From the NCBI GenBank assembly GCA_028534125.1, contig CM052817.1, forward strand, positions 87,112,001 to 87,176,000: 64,000 bases of DNA, read 5' to 3'. The notes under the pieces are model-generated. The model did not search any database. It saw only the letters and a program-made list of their open reading frames with translations, and was not told where the DNA came from. Shown here piece after piece: positions 12,696 through 25,483 of this stretch. The DNA comes from Lama glama (lineage: Eukaryota). The translations under genes were made by a program, and so were the position numbers. Every line of letters begins with the position of its first letter. Position 1 is the first letter of the stretch.

Positions 12696-14383
12696 TTTTT
12701 TGGTGCATGCTGAAGATCAAGTTAAACACCCTGAAATTATTTATGTATATATTTTATAATTGAATTATAAATTTAAAAAGTAACTAAATGATTATAATTA
12801 GAAAAAAATTAAAATTCTTTAATGTAAAATAGTCATCTTTCAAAAATACTTTTTAAGAAGTTCTTCAAAAATGAGGCCATACCTATACTTGCAATAACTC
12901 CTTAATCAGAAAGCAACTTGTAGTCTCAACAGTACTTATCAACAGTGTGTTAATATTCAATTTAATACTGAATGCACAAAAATGTTAAATAAAATCACAG
13001 TTTAGTGAAAATGTCAAAGATGTGAATATATTTAAGTGAAAAAAGCAGATAAATGAATAAAAGTCAATGTTTTGTTGCTTAAAAAGATAAATTACAATTA
13101 TCTGTGAATTTAGTTGATAAAAAGAGTCTAATTTCTTATCACTGACTATTTTGTTTTGCCAGTCAACTTTTAAGGTAAACAAGTATGTAAGATAATGCTT
13201 GATGATGCCTAGCTTCCTATCATCAAATATTTTTACTTGTGTAGAAATATTTTATCTTTCTCTCAAAGTTTTTATGGTTCCAGATTGGCAACAGAGTTAG
13301 AATTACATCTTTTTAACAACAATACCACCACCACAAACAGAATCACTTCTTCATTTTAAGAGGTGACCATGCTTCTTAGGGAAATGTTTGGCTACAACAA
13401 AAACGATTATTTACTGAGTTATAAAAGTTGAGCTGAGAACTAAATCCAGAGGTATCTTTTCCAATTCCATTTATCTCTTCTTTTTCATTTTTACCTAAAT
13501 AATTTTCACCATACAACCGTATTATATCTGTGGATGGTTTTCTTTGTCCATATTTCAGGCATTTCAAGAATCCTGCTTCTCTATTGTCTTATGTGCGTGT
13601 GTGTTTCTTAAACAAACCGCATGATTCCTTTGCCATGTTCTCATGACGAAATTCATCTCTGCAAATCTTAGTGATTTCTCCAAAATTTTATATATTTATT
13701 GATTTCAGATTTACATTTTTAGTTATTATACTCAAAGGTAGTATACCGAGAACTTAGTATCATTTGTGAGTAGCTTTTAAGTATTTTTCACCTAAAACTC
13801 ATTGAGTAACCACTCTATAGAATTTTTGTGTATTGAATTGAATATTGTTCTTACTTTGTGTGATTTTGTAGATTTCTTTTTTCCTTGAACTTTTCTTGTC
13901 TTCCCTATAATTTCTCTAAAATTCTCTGGATCAGATTTGGAAAATTAGAATATTGGCAAAACTATCTGGTTGTTTTCTAGATATTTTTAGGTCATGCTAC
14001 GTTTTCAATATTATGATTTCTGGCAATATACTAGAAGGAATCCCTAGTTAGGTCAGTAATGATTATAACATAACATTCCTACAGTGTAGCAAAAATCTCA
14101 CTAAGTTCTTGTGTGTGTATGTGTGCAGCCACTATTATATATTATTCATTCTTGCTACATGCGTTTCAGTGCTTATTTCTCTGACTTTAATGTATGACGT
14201 ATTCATAAAGCAAATTTTAGTCTCCATAAGTAGATGATTTTTTTCATCAACTTGGTGTTTTGCCACTTACTTTAAATCTTACTGCATATTATACTTCATT
14301 CTATCCAGCATTGTACAACTTGCTCAGTTCAAAAATCCATCTGACAGATATTTGTATAATAATATATACATTGTGTTGTTCAG

Positions 14384-14431
14384 AAACAAGATTTTGTGAA
14401 AGTCCTGCATTCTGCAACTATGCCATGGCAT
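14384..14431 (+). pseudogene. Candidate decayed exon E
   Basis: ttgtgttgttcAG acceptor and CAT|gtatgt donor. 48 nt; phase 0 is open: KQDFVKVLHSATMPWH. Confidence 0.3.
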
Positions 14432-14439
14432 GTATGTGG

Positions 14440-14692
14440 AGAACTGTTGGTTAAGAATCCTTGCTTTTAAGTCAGTTATGCTTGTATTTGAATCTGATCT
14501 GCCAATTACACAATGCCCTTTGTCAACTTAGAAATCCCCTCCATGATTCCACTATTTTTCAATAAAACTTGTTTTTTTTAATAGTATCTCCATTTTGTGG
14601 CAAGATATATGTCAAATGAATCATATATTTAAAGTTTTAGCAAACTGACTATCAATAAGTGCTAATATAATGTTAGCTAATATTATTATAAT
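14440..14692 (+). mobile_element. MIR SINE, near full length
   Basis: GGTTAAGAATCCTTGCTTTTAAGTCAG...TTTGAATCTGATCTGCCAATTAC...AAGTGCTAATATAATGTTAGCTAATATTATT. Confidence 0.7.
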
Positions 14693-15009
14693 TATAGATA
14701 TAGCTCTGAAGTTCCTATTAACTCTGCTCTTTTCCTAACTCCATAAAATGTCCTTGAACTTTATCATTTCAACACTACAAATTACAGTGTGAAATACAAA
14801 ATTCAAATTTTTGTTACCTACCACTTAGCAGGCTGCATATTTCTTATAATCACCTTCCTATTTCTAAGTTAAAACTTGCCCAATAACACTGCCTGGATCC
14901 TTCAAGTTCTTGACTCAGAACTTCAAAATACTGAAGATTTGTACTTCCACATCACCAGTACTCACTGGCACTTCGTAGACTTTCTGTTATATGTTAAAAA
15001 TAATAGATG

Positions 15010-15090
15010 ACTGAAGCATTATGCTGTACACCAGAAACTGACACAACATTGTAAACTGACTATACTTCAATAAAAATATATATACCAAAA
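15010..15090 (+). mobile_element. Very short young L1 3' terminus (camelid-type)
   Basis: ACTGAAGCATTATGCTGTACACCAGAAACTGACACAACATTGTAAACTGACTATACTTCAATAAAA, flanked by AATAGATG at 15002-15009 and 15091-15098 (likely TSD). Confidence 0.85.
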
Positions 15091-15098
15091 AATAGATG

Positions 15099-15144
15099 GA
15101 AGAGAGAAAGAAGGAAGGAAGGAAAGATAGAAAAAGAGAGAGAA

Positions 15145-15192
<48 letters not shown>

Positions 15193-15240
15193 GAAGAAAA
15201 AGGAAGGAAGGGAGAATGAGGAAGGAGAGAAGAAAGAAAA
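15099..15240 (+). repeat. Purine-rich (GAAA)n/(GGAA)n microsatellite
   Basis: Direct reading; long perfect GAAA run at ~15147-15190. Confidence 0.95.
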
Positions 15241-15589
15241 CAAAGACAAGGCTTATCTCAGAAGTGATATACTGGCTCCATCAGTTACATAATTTGCTGT
15301 CTCTTTATCCATCAACTGTATTTACCAGCTCGCATACCTGCCTCTTTCTTGTATGTCAGCAGACAAGATTATTTCTGTCAGCTATCAACAATTAATTCTG
15401 CAAGCAACTTTTTTGGAAGGTTTAAATTTATTGTCCATGAGTCAAATTTAAAATCTTATACCTTTAAAAGAAAGTGTTTTTTTTTTTTAGTAGTGATTTG
15501 AATATGCACTTTCTACTTGACTTTTTGACCCTCTGACTCCGCACCAAATATACAATTTTATATTATCTCACAGATTGATGTAAACAAAT

Positions 15590-18170
15590 CTCCAGAATGG
15601 TTCTTAGAAATATGGAAAACAGAGGTTCACACCATGTAAGAGAAAAATGACAGACTGCATGGCAGACAGATATAAAAGGATTAAAAGACTTAAAGATGTA
15701 GTCATGCTAGGATGGATATTTATACAGCTGGAAAAACCAACCAGAGGGCTATGTTCCAAGGAGGACACAGAGGATACACAAATTACCAAACCAATTAGGA
15801 ATCTGCTAGTGAGAATCACTTAGAAGCTCATGAGTCGCTTCCTTCTGGGCCAGCACTGGCAGTGAAGGGACGTCTTTACAAGACAGGGCTCACTGATACT
15901 AATGGGGATAAGCGGATTCCAAAACCACACTGGCTGGGTGTCAGCACTTAACTGTTGAAAGACAGGAGCACACAATTTCCATAGATAGTGGCAAGATCAG
16001 ACAGATGCCAAGGAGGACTGACTGACAGAGAGTTAAGATGATTAGTAGAACGTGGCATTTCTAGGTTCAAAATAGACTAGCAGCCTATACAAGCGTCACT
16101 TAATTTATAATTCAAAGTAAATAAAGGATGAGATGAAGACAGTTTCCTTCATAAGTCACTATCCTTAGCCCAGTTTTTGGTCTTGAGAAAGTTTTCAGAT
16201 CCAGATTACACTGATTGAAGGAAAGGCCAAGTTCCCGGGAAGGAACACTCTGTAACATCCTGGGAAGTGACCGTGGTAATTATTTCTTCAAGCTTCCTCC
16301 AAAGGACTTGTAACCATACAATTGAATACTTGTATGATGGGGAAAGGAGACACCCTAAACATTTCAAGGACTCCTGGCCATAGAGTCTTCCTTCAGATTG
16401 ATCCTCTAATACTAATGTCACCATGGTTTCCTATCTAAAGGATGACATAATAAGGCAAGTAATAAATAGAGACTATTTGCACAGCCTTTGACTATATAAT
16501 GGGAAACACATACATGGGAATTGTTGGCATAAACAGCATGTTGGTTTCTTGTTCTGTGAGATAAAAGACATTGAAAGGTATTGGGGAAGGCCAATCAAAA
16601 AGCTCTGAAATTGTCTCCCCACACTCCCACCAGCCAAGATGGTAAACCAAAATAAAATCATTGGTTGTAATGACAAAAATTAGTTCCAAACTTAGAGACC
16701 TAAAGAACACAGAGGTAATAATCTGTATCATATATCCATTTAATGTACCAGTTTGATTCATACAAAAAACAGATGATGGTGTATGCAAAAACCATGTAGA
16801 TCCTAGAGTATTATAGTGAACTATCGTAAAATCAATGAAATTGTAACCCTAGATGGAGCTTCTGTGCCAGATAAGTAATCTTTGCTAAAACTGATCAAAA
16901 TGTCTTTGAGTATGTATTATGTGACCACTGATAAGTTGAAAGTATAATTTTCAGATACAGCTCAGATTTACTTGAACTAGACAACAGTATACAGTTACAG
17001 TCTTTCTCCAAGACTCTTAACTCTCCTGCTCTCTGTCTTAATATATTTTGAGCAGACCTGGACCTGTTGAACATCTCAAAGAAAATCTCACTAATGACAT
17101 CATGCTGTTAGACTGGATGAACTAGAAATGAAACGTATATTGGAGTCTTTGCTAAGAATGTGTGCTACAGAAAGACAGCGATAAACCCCATGAAAATGCA
17201 GAGGTCTGCAACATATTAAAATACTTCTGAGACATGTGAGGATGTCTGCTCCAAAATAAAGGAGTCTTTATTGTATCTGGTACTTCCAGCCACAAAGAAG
17301 AAAGCACAATGCCTGGTAGGCCTCTCTGGGTTCTGGCCAGCATATACCACACCTGGGAATACTGTTTGGACCTATATCTAGGTGAGACAAAAGGCTGTCA
17401 GTAGGGATCACAGACGGAAAAACTCTGTAATATATTCATACTGAACCACAAGCAGCATTGCCTCTTGTACCATGTTGCCCAGAAGACCTTGTGGTATTAG
17501 AAGGTATTCAAAGACCCTGTGGATTTTCCTACAAGTCCTATAAAAAAATCTAAAACAGACTCCTAGATTTCTGGAGCCAGTCCATGTCATCTACAGTGCA
17601 ATGTTATATACCTTAAAAAAACAAAAAAGCAAAAAAAAACCTAACAAAAAACCCTCCTAAGTTCTGGGGAGTGACTACTAATGAGATCTGAAGGGATCAT
17701 GCAGTCAAAATGGCTTCTATGAGCAGGATTTGCCCAAAAACTTGGGTAGGACCAGTCTATCTAGTAACCTGGAATTTGAACATACAGGATCAAGCCTGAG
17801 CAGGTTCAGGTGGCATAAGTCAGCTACATAAGTACTTGGCCCAGAATCTCACATCACCCCCCACTGGTGTGCGAGAGCCTCTTCTTTAGCTGATACCAAT
17901 GTCTACTGGGGAATATCTTATAACAATGGCAGTGGAAGAAAACATCTGAGACTGGTTTACAGATGGGTCAGCTGAAAATGGATGGTCGATTACATTACAG
18001 CCCCACCTAGAAGTGACCTGCAAAGACAGTAGCAAGGAAGAATTCTCCTAATGGGCAGAGCTTTGGGTGGTACATTTCATCATCCACATTATATGGAAAG
18101 AGAAGTGCCCCAAGGTATGGGTTCGTGGGTGGTGATGAATGGCTCTTTGAATGGTCAGAGGCCAGGAAGG
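15590..18170 (+). mobile_element. Decayed ERVL-class internal region (gag end, protease, RT, RNase H), ERV3-16A3/HERV16-like
   Basis: Frame-broken ERVL motifs: gag end TTTTCAGATCCAGA..GATTGAAGGAAAGGCCAAGTTCCC; protease TGGGGAAAGGAGAC..TTTCAAGGACTCCTG; RT CCATTTAAT..CAAAAAACAGATG and AATGACATCATGCTG (DDIML-like); KKAQCLVGLSGFW; RNase H WFTDGSA and WAEL. Confidence 0.85.
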
Positions 18171-18308
18171 GGAGAGCTCAGCCTCCTCTGTTCAGTCCTA
18201 CTTCCTCTTCTTTTCCATGGATGCTGAGCACAAAGCAAACCCCTAATAAAATCCCTGTGCACAAATTTATCTCAAAGTCTGTTTTCCAGGGAAACCAGTC
18301 TGCCACAA
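18171..18308 (+). mobile_element. 3' part of an LTR16-like ERVL LTR
   Basis: CCCTAATAAAATCCCTGTGCACAAATTTATCTCAAAGTCTGTTTTCCAGGGAAACCAGTCTGCCACA. Confidence 0.75.
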
Positions 18309-19799
18309 AGCCCACGATCCATCCATGAATGCCTTCAAATCCAAATGCCAATCAAGTATTTTACTAGCCACAAACAAAGGTGTATAAAACCACAGCTTTA
18401 TTCATTTTCCTGTAAGTGTGTTTCCCACAGTGTATTTTGAGGGGAGAGGGGTGAAAAATCAAAGTAAGTGTCAATGCAGAAGCCTTTAATTTAGTCATTT
18501 TCAGGTAAGGCTCATTCAATACTTTGAATGATCTTATTCATTACAGTTGGAACTTGGTCAAATTCTATATTTCTTCCTTCCCTCTCTTTTATTCGCCAAA
18601 TTGATTCTAAATTCTGAGACTTGGGTGTTTCTTAAACTCTCCTGCACAAATATCTCCTACTATATACAATCACTCATCGTGACTTCTGGACTTCATCATT
18701 TCTGCCCCTTAGCTGTTTAACATTTCTCCACTGGGATGGGAGTGCGGGTGGGGGTGGAGATGTGTCACTGAGGTCATTGCATCTTCATCCGGCCTTTTGT
18801 TCATGTGGTCCACTCTAGTATCTTAAGCTACGATGACCTTACCATCATCATGAGACCCCTTTTAGGCTGGTAGTTTTCTCCTCTGGCTACTTTGCCTCAC
18901 CTTTTTGGGAGCATGAAATATTTCTACTGCTCCTCTATGTCGTTGTCAGGCCTCGGGGGCCTCAGGCTGTCAGCACGCCCTCCCTGGCCAATTTCAGATG
19001 CATCTCCCTCTGTTCTCCTTCCCCCACACAGTGAGGGTACAGGCCACACCTATGGCGACAGCCACCCTCCTCCCAGAGTTCCAGTTTCAAAGGGCAGCAT
19101 TAGTGACGGACACTCATGGATCCCACAGATTAAAAAGCTGCTCCAGTATTCCTGTGCAATGGTCGTTGAGCTGCGTGAGGCACAGAACCTGTCATAATGG
19201 TGTCAAGTCCTGTTTGTCATTGCTAGCACGTAGATGCTTTATCAAGTCTAGAATGTGAAAATTATCTCATATTGTCAAGCATTCTTCCCAAATCTATTGT
19301 TTATGGCATACACATCATTTTGGCATTCAAAGTCAGATTAAGCCAGATTTTGCTTTCTCTCAAATTGTTGTTTCTGCACAGAGCTTCAAAAACTCCAATT
19401 TAGAGACCTAAAAGTTAAGATTCTCGGCATACAGGCTCTAGCAACCCTCCTCTGAAGGCGGTTTGTGGTAGATCTCGTCCTTTGCTTCCTTGCTTACCTC
19501 TTAGCTCTTTTCCTGCAGGGTTGCCTGGAGCTAGCTGTGACCTAAGTCACTGCTTCTGTCAAGGTCATAAACTGCCCCCACACTCTCCTTCCAGTTCCCA
19601 GGAAGTGCACCCAGCCTCTGTGCTTTTCACTTGGTGTCCTAACTGCTTACCTGCAAAGCTGCAGCTAAGCTAAGGTTACTGTACTACCTCGTGGGGTTCC
19701 TACCTACCTTCCGCTCTGTAGATAATTAGTTCTTAAAATAAATCCACTCCAAATTATTATTCTTCAGGAGTGCCATCATCAAGAGCTCAGGAAAAATAC

Positions 19800-19950
19800 T
19801 CTGATCTTGCATACCTTTTCCCTCTGCCTTTCTCCTACAAGCCCCCTTTGAGGAGTGCAACAGCAAACCAGAGGGCACGGGAAGCAGTACATGTGGTATC
19901 TGGAGGTCATCCTTCTGGACAGAGCTGGGTGAGGAAGTTGGGGAGGTAAA
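19800..19950 (-). mobile_element. Possible old ERVL LTR fragment (LTR33-like)
   Basis: AAACCAGAGGGCACGGGAAGC..ATGTGGT..GGAGGTCATCCTTCTGGACAGAGCTGGGTG. Confidence 0.35.
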
Positions 19951-21029
19951 TAAAGTTTTGAAGAAAGTCCTCACTGCTGCCTGAAAGGTGAGAGGTTACC
20001 GGTGATAGGAAATCACTGGGAAAATGTTTGTTAATATGGAAATGCTATCCATCCCATTAGGCTGACACAGTTACAGACTAGAGTTATGATATTTCAACCA
20101 TGTTTCCAGTTGTGAAAAAAAACAGAAACTTCTAAATTTCTTTTACTCCATTCAGGATTTCCTTGCTCAGAGGATTCTTTCTCAGAGAATGGCTGTTACG
20201 TTCTGGGAGCACCAACATCATATCATCAGGGGAAGCGTCTGGGCTGTGGTCATTCTCTAGACAAAGTCTCCTCAGAGAAGACATCCGTGGCATCAGCAGG
20301 ATCCTGCATTTCATGCACGTAGCACTGGATTATCGGGGATCCCGCTGTGGCTTTCAGCCATCGGTGCACACATGCTGCAACCCCAATTCACAAATTATTT
20401 CAAGGCATCAGTTTTCTCTTAACCCTTTTGGTCGTCTCATGACAGAACATGGGCACAGTCCTTATCTCATCCTCCACTTATTGGGACCTCAGGACACTGA
20501 AATCTCAGGTTCTTTCAGACCAGCTCTTCTCTCTCATCTTGTTGCAAGAAGCATGCATATTTGCTTTTATTTGGTTTTCCCCCCAAGCCTAGGTGAATTT
20601 CTGTTTCTCCCCTGGGACTGGTCAAGAGGGAGTGAGTCATTTTCTTAAGCTGCCAATGTTGCTTGAATTTCACTGATGCTGGGAAATGTTCTGTTTTTTC
20701 CTATGTGCAGTGGTAAACAAGTACCCTTGTGCAGTTGCCTTAAACTTATCCTCATTTTTGAGGATGACTGAGTTCCCATTCTAGTCCAGAATTTTAGAAG
20801 CAGTCCCTGGTCCCTTGTTCATTGAACTCCTAGGACAGGGGAAGCCAATAACAGCCTCCTCTCTGAGACGCACCTCACTTCTAAAACTAATCTCCCTCAG
20901 ATCTTTCTTTAGCTGAGGCCGATTTTATATAAAATATGTTATTTTAGTCACATTTTTTTCCCTCTTGACCTTTTGTACCAATCTAGTGGTAAAGGACAGA
21001 TTCCCTCAGAGCATTTTTTCCTATCTGCT

Positions 21030-21164
21030 TGTCATAGAAAGTTCTAATGATCGTTTCAAAATGCAAATTTGATCATGTCATTGCTCCTGCTTAAAATACT
21101 TCAATGGCTTCCTTGTAATCCAAAGAGACAAAGTATATACAAATTTCATATATATATTATATAT

Positions 21165-21229
<65 letters not shown>

Positions 21230-22170
21230 CTTCTACATACATAAATCTTTCACGTGGTCCAGAAGATACTGCATATGGCTCCTAAGGCGTTCTCCATCTT
21301 GTTCCCTGTACCCCAGCTACACTGACCTAATATTGATTTCTTAGAAATATGCTCCCTCCCACATTCTTCCACATGCTCTTTCCTTTAAATCCCCATTTTC
21401 ATACTAGCTCCCATTTTTAATTTCAATCTCAGTTTAAGAATTTCTCTCAGGGAAACGCTTACTGACCTCCCAATTTAAGACTGCTCCTTTGTTGCATCAT
21501 TGCATATTACCAATGTAGACATATTCCTTGTCCTATACTTAAAATGAGTCATACCATTTATCTTTGCAGTTAGCTCAGCATCAATTTTGAAAAGAATCCA
21601 ACTCGGTCACTCTTCAGTCGATCACTTGGTTGACATATGTCTCTACTACTAGAGTATAAACTCGAACAAAAACCTAGTAGGTAATACTTGACAAGTGTCA
21701 CTATTGTTTTCCCAATAACAAGCAGTGTGCCTGAAACATGTGATCTTTCAAGGAACAATATGAATGAGGAATAGATAATATGTCAACCTTCTCTCATACC
21801 CTCCTCCTTTGCACTAAGCTTCAGTCCAGCTTTTATTTACTCTAAAACATACGTAATCCTTCCCTATCTTTGCAGTTTCTTTTTCTTTTCTTTTCTTTTT
21901 TTTCTTAGCTCCATCTGTTTCGTCAATTCAGGGTTTAAATATTGCTTTCTGATAGGGATGTTCTTGGATCAAAAATATGAAAAAGGTCCACTGATATTTT
22001 TTTCACTTAACGTATATGCATTTCACTCATAGCCATTATTTATTATGTCTGTTCCTTAACAAACTGTCAAGAGTTGTAAGGCATGTAAGGCGTAAGGCAT
22101 GGTGCCCTTTTTGGATACCGTTTGGAATGCCTCACACCTAGCACACAGCCTGGCGCTCCTTGGGTGGTTG
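21030..22170 (+). mobile_element. L2 fragments (two 3' portions)
   Basis: AAATGCAAATTTGATCATGTCATTGCTCCTGCTTAAAATACTTCAATGGCTTCC; CCCAGCTACACTGACC; AGCAGTGTGCCTGAAACATG; CCTAGCACACAGCCTGGC. Confidence 0.75.
21148..21227. repeat. Compound (TA)n(CA)n microsatellite
   Basis: Direct reading. Confidence 0.95.
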
Positions 22171-22469
22171 CCCCTCATAATGCTACTTACGAAGCTGCAA
22201 GTTTCCTGAGTTAATATACTTCAGGAGAGTTCTTACAGTGAGCTGTGTTTGAGCTGTGTCATCAAAGAAATGACATTATTGACAAGGTTGATCCAGTGCT
22301 ATTTTGTATATTAATCCTAATTAAGGAGACATTTATTCTGCCTAGAGAGGTCACAAATATTGCCTGGGAAATCTGAGAAACCATGCCTTATAACCCAATG
22401 CTCTTCTAACTTCTAGTCATACATTGCTCGTTTAGTATAGTCCAATCATTTCTGTTATATATATTTTTA

Positions 22470-22790
22470 TGCAACTTCTATGCAACCCTCACTGTTCAGG
22501 GTATTTTGTAGAATAAAAGGAAATGTGAGACATATTCACTGAGTTCAAAATGCTATGGTTATGCAGATGAAACTGCAAACTTACATTATGCTATGAAGGC
22601 CAAAAGCTCACAATGAGCAAATGGTGTGGTCCTGAAATGTAGGAGCTTAAAGAACAAAGTGATCACTAGAGGTCAGAAGAGACAAAACAAATCAAATGTC
22701 TTGAAGGAACTAGGACTTGAGCTTTTTCCTGAAAACTGAATAATACGTGCTGTCAAGGACAAGGAGGGTAGTATTCCCGGATGATGCCTA
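22470..22790 (-). mobile_element. L2 fragment
   Basis: TTGAAGGAACTAGGACTTGAGCT..GAAAACTGAATA..GAGGGTAGTATTCCCGG. Confidence 0.45.
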
Positions 22791-23258
22791 CAGAGTTATT
22801 GAACCATTGCAAAGCCCCTAGTTTTAAAATTAACACCATCTCTGCCATTGCAGTCAGAGATATGCAGAGTCATCCCCAGCGAAGTCACATCACCTCCTGA
22901 GCTCCCCTGCCTCCCGACTCACCATTAACATTTCAGGTATTGCTTTTTAAAAATAAATTAGAATATATTATAAACATAAACTTCATTGTGATTGATTTAA
23001 TCCTATTTGTGTCTCCTGTAGCTAGAAGAGAGTACATTATTTATTGATCCCTTACCCACATTCTTCTGCTTTACTATTACTAAATGAATTTTGACTTATG
23101 AAGAATGACCCATGGAGTCAAATGTCCTCCTACTCAATACCGTGCTAATTCCTGTTGCTAAAATGGTCCCCTTCCTTATCCTAGAAATGTAATGCGTATG
23201 TTGCTTATTATAGGATTTCAATAAAATATTGATACACTAATACCTTATCCACTTAAAG

Positions 23259-23396
23259 GATATGAGGTCAAGGTTCAAGAAGAAGGGTAGTCTGTTAGAG
23301 TTTCATCTCAGAAGGATACTCAAGATGCAGGGGCTCTGGATGGAAGGAAGAAGAATGCCCCGCTGTGATGCGTTTCACGGATTTTGCTCTAACAAG
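23259..23396 (+). pseudogene. Candidate decayed exon F
   Basis: cactaat branch-point-like motif, then taccttatccacttaaAG acceptor and AAG|gtttgt donor. 138 nt, symmetric; phase 0 is fully open: DMRSRFKKKGSLLEFHLRRILKMQGLWMEGRRMPRCDAFHGFCSNK. CpG-richer than flanks. Confidence 0.35.
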
Positions 23397-24099
23397 GTTT
23401 GTGCCGTCTGAGAGTTCTGGAACGGACTCTGTGAAGGGGGGATTCGAAGTAAAATTTGTTACGTTAAACGGGCCACGCTGAGATCTTTTAATGTGATTAT
23501 CATTTTATGCTATTGTATTATTATTTCTTTAATTCACTTAGTACTTTATAAGAGTATAGCACAGAAAGGATAAAATTTACTTTAGGTAACAATTGCTAAT
23601 TAATGGATTTAGCCTATGTTAGGTGAAAAAAATCTTTATTATTGGAGCTAGACAGAATCCCCTCACCCAAGTAACTATGTACAATATTAGCTGAAAGTTG
23701 TAAATTTTTATGAAAACTGCAAAATAGTTTATTGAAATTACTGCACTATTTGAAATGAGAAACACACATTGCCAAATACATACATATTGTTTTAATAAAA
23801 AAAGACATGCAGTAGGACATGCTCTAATTTTCCTCCCTAATGTTTTGGTGTAACTATCTGAATAATTTATTTTTTAATTTGTTCTTGATGCTTCTTTTTC
23901 AAGGTTGATAGGATCCTTTTGTGAAGATTCAAGTAAAGTTCTTGTGCTTTGCTCTCTAGGCTGAATGTCTGCCTCAGGGGTCTCAGTCTTTGCTTAGACA
24001 CTGGGTCAAAGCACAGTCTTTGAAACACCTCATCTTTTTCAATTGTCTTCTCCGGGCAGCTTTGCTTCCTTCCAATATAGTATGCAAAATGCTGGCTTC

Positions 24100-24470
24100 C
24101 TGTTTTACTATTTAATGGTGAAGTTGCGTCCCTTAGCCTCTGTCTCTAACCTGAACATTCTGAATTACTGTGATTGATGGAATTTTATCTGCCGGCTGCG
24201 TTCTTACATCCACAACCTGCTTTCTGCTTTTATGAGTGTGTGAACAATATTTTTAATCCTTTGGGCTGGGAGCAAGTTTTTATTTAGCTTAAGAGCTGAA
24301 AATAATTACCCTGTTCTTACCTAGCTCCACAGCATGTTCCTTTCTAATAAATTAAATAACCCTTCATCAATAATGATGGCTCTGGATCTGTCGTTTGATC
24401 ACTTCATGACCAGTTTTATGAAGACGACCTTTTCACATACAATATTTCACTTGATCTCTATCTGATGTGT
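24100..24470. promoter_or_regulatory. Candidate non-coding regulatory element (homeobox/SOX/TCF motif cluster)
   Basis: Unique sequence with TGATTGATGG (PBX-HOX consensus) at 24171-24180, TTTTATGA twice, AACAAT, TTTGAT, TAATTA and retained CpGs. Confidence 0.3.
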
Positions 24471-25483
24471 TAGAAAAAGAAAAAAATGCACACATACATG
24501 AACACATACACACATCCACACACACCAACAGAGATGATGTGGTTCTTTTAATCTGTTGCTTTGGCTAAGTTGTCTGGAGCTATTGCCTCATATGGGGATT
24601 TCTGTAACAGAGGGCAAAGAACTGACTCAAATTACACACTTCTAAGTATCTGAATAGCCTTGAAAAGCAGGGTTTTGATGTGCAAGGGCAAATCTTTTTG
24701 AGACAGAAAATGTTTTGGAATTTAGAAAGCCTGTTTTTTACATATCAAAAGCAAACCCCCAAAGGAATCAAAGCCTAGGGCTTCAGCTACTAAATTTTTT
24801 TTTTTTTTTTGCAAAAGCCAATCTCTCCATTTCCTTACCAAGCAAAAACTAGAAAGATAGGGGAAAGCAATTAGTTATTGGCTGACATAAATTGAGAAAT
24901 TGGGCCGTGCCTATCAGACACTCCCTCTTCAGGCAGTCAGAAACAGTAAAACCCCAGATAGGGTTTGGCTTGAATAAAAGGTTGCTAGAGCCCTGGGTCT
25001 CAGTTGCCACTGACACCCTGAGAAATGGGGAGTCTTGTAGAAACATCTCTTATGGCAACATCCTGTGAAGGCAGGATTGATGACATAGTGTCAGGAAAGA
25101 TCTAGGCAGAGAGGACCTGAAAAACTTTCCAATCCGTATGGCTCAAATTAGGGAGAATACTCAAATGAGAAGATAACATTTATTATTCAAACTGAGAAAA
25201 TTCTTAGAATAAAAGGGTGTATGATTATTAAGCCACCAGTAACCATCTAGTCCATGGAAAACAGAACATGCAGTCACCTTACAGAGAAGCCTAAACGTTC
25301 CAGGAGAGAGCCAGAGGATCTGGTATAAAGTCACAGTGTATGTGATGCTCTGGCTACGGGTATCTTTTTAGATGCCAGAGGGAACAGATGCTGGGAATGA
25401 AAGCTCATGGAGGAAACAGACATCTTAAAATGTAAGACCACTGGACAGATAATGACTGCACATATCCAAAGGTTTGTATTTTC

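Noticed and set aside
13376..13567. Minus-strand 63-aa ORF, or a 34-nt plus-strand micro-exon at ~13559-13592
   Set aside because: No recognisable homology, weak splice context, and too short to distinguish from chance.
15067..15395. Lys/Glu/Arg-rich and Phe/Ser-rich ORFs
   Set aside because: Translations of the (GAAA)n microsatellite.
20163..20648. Longest ORF in the track (161 aa) as a real CDS
   Set aside because: Non-ATG start, no recognisable domain, no promoter or polyA context.
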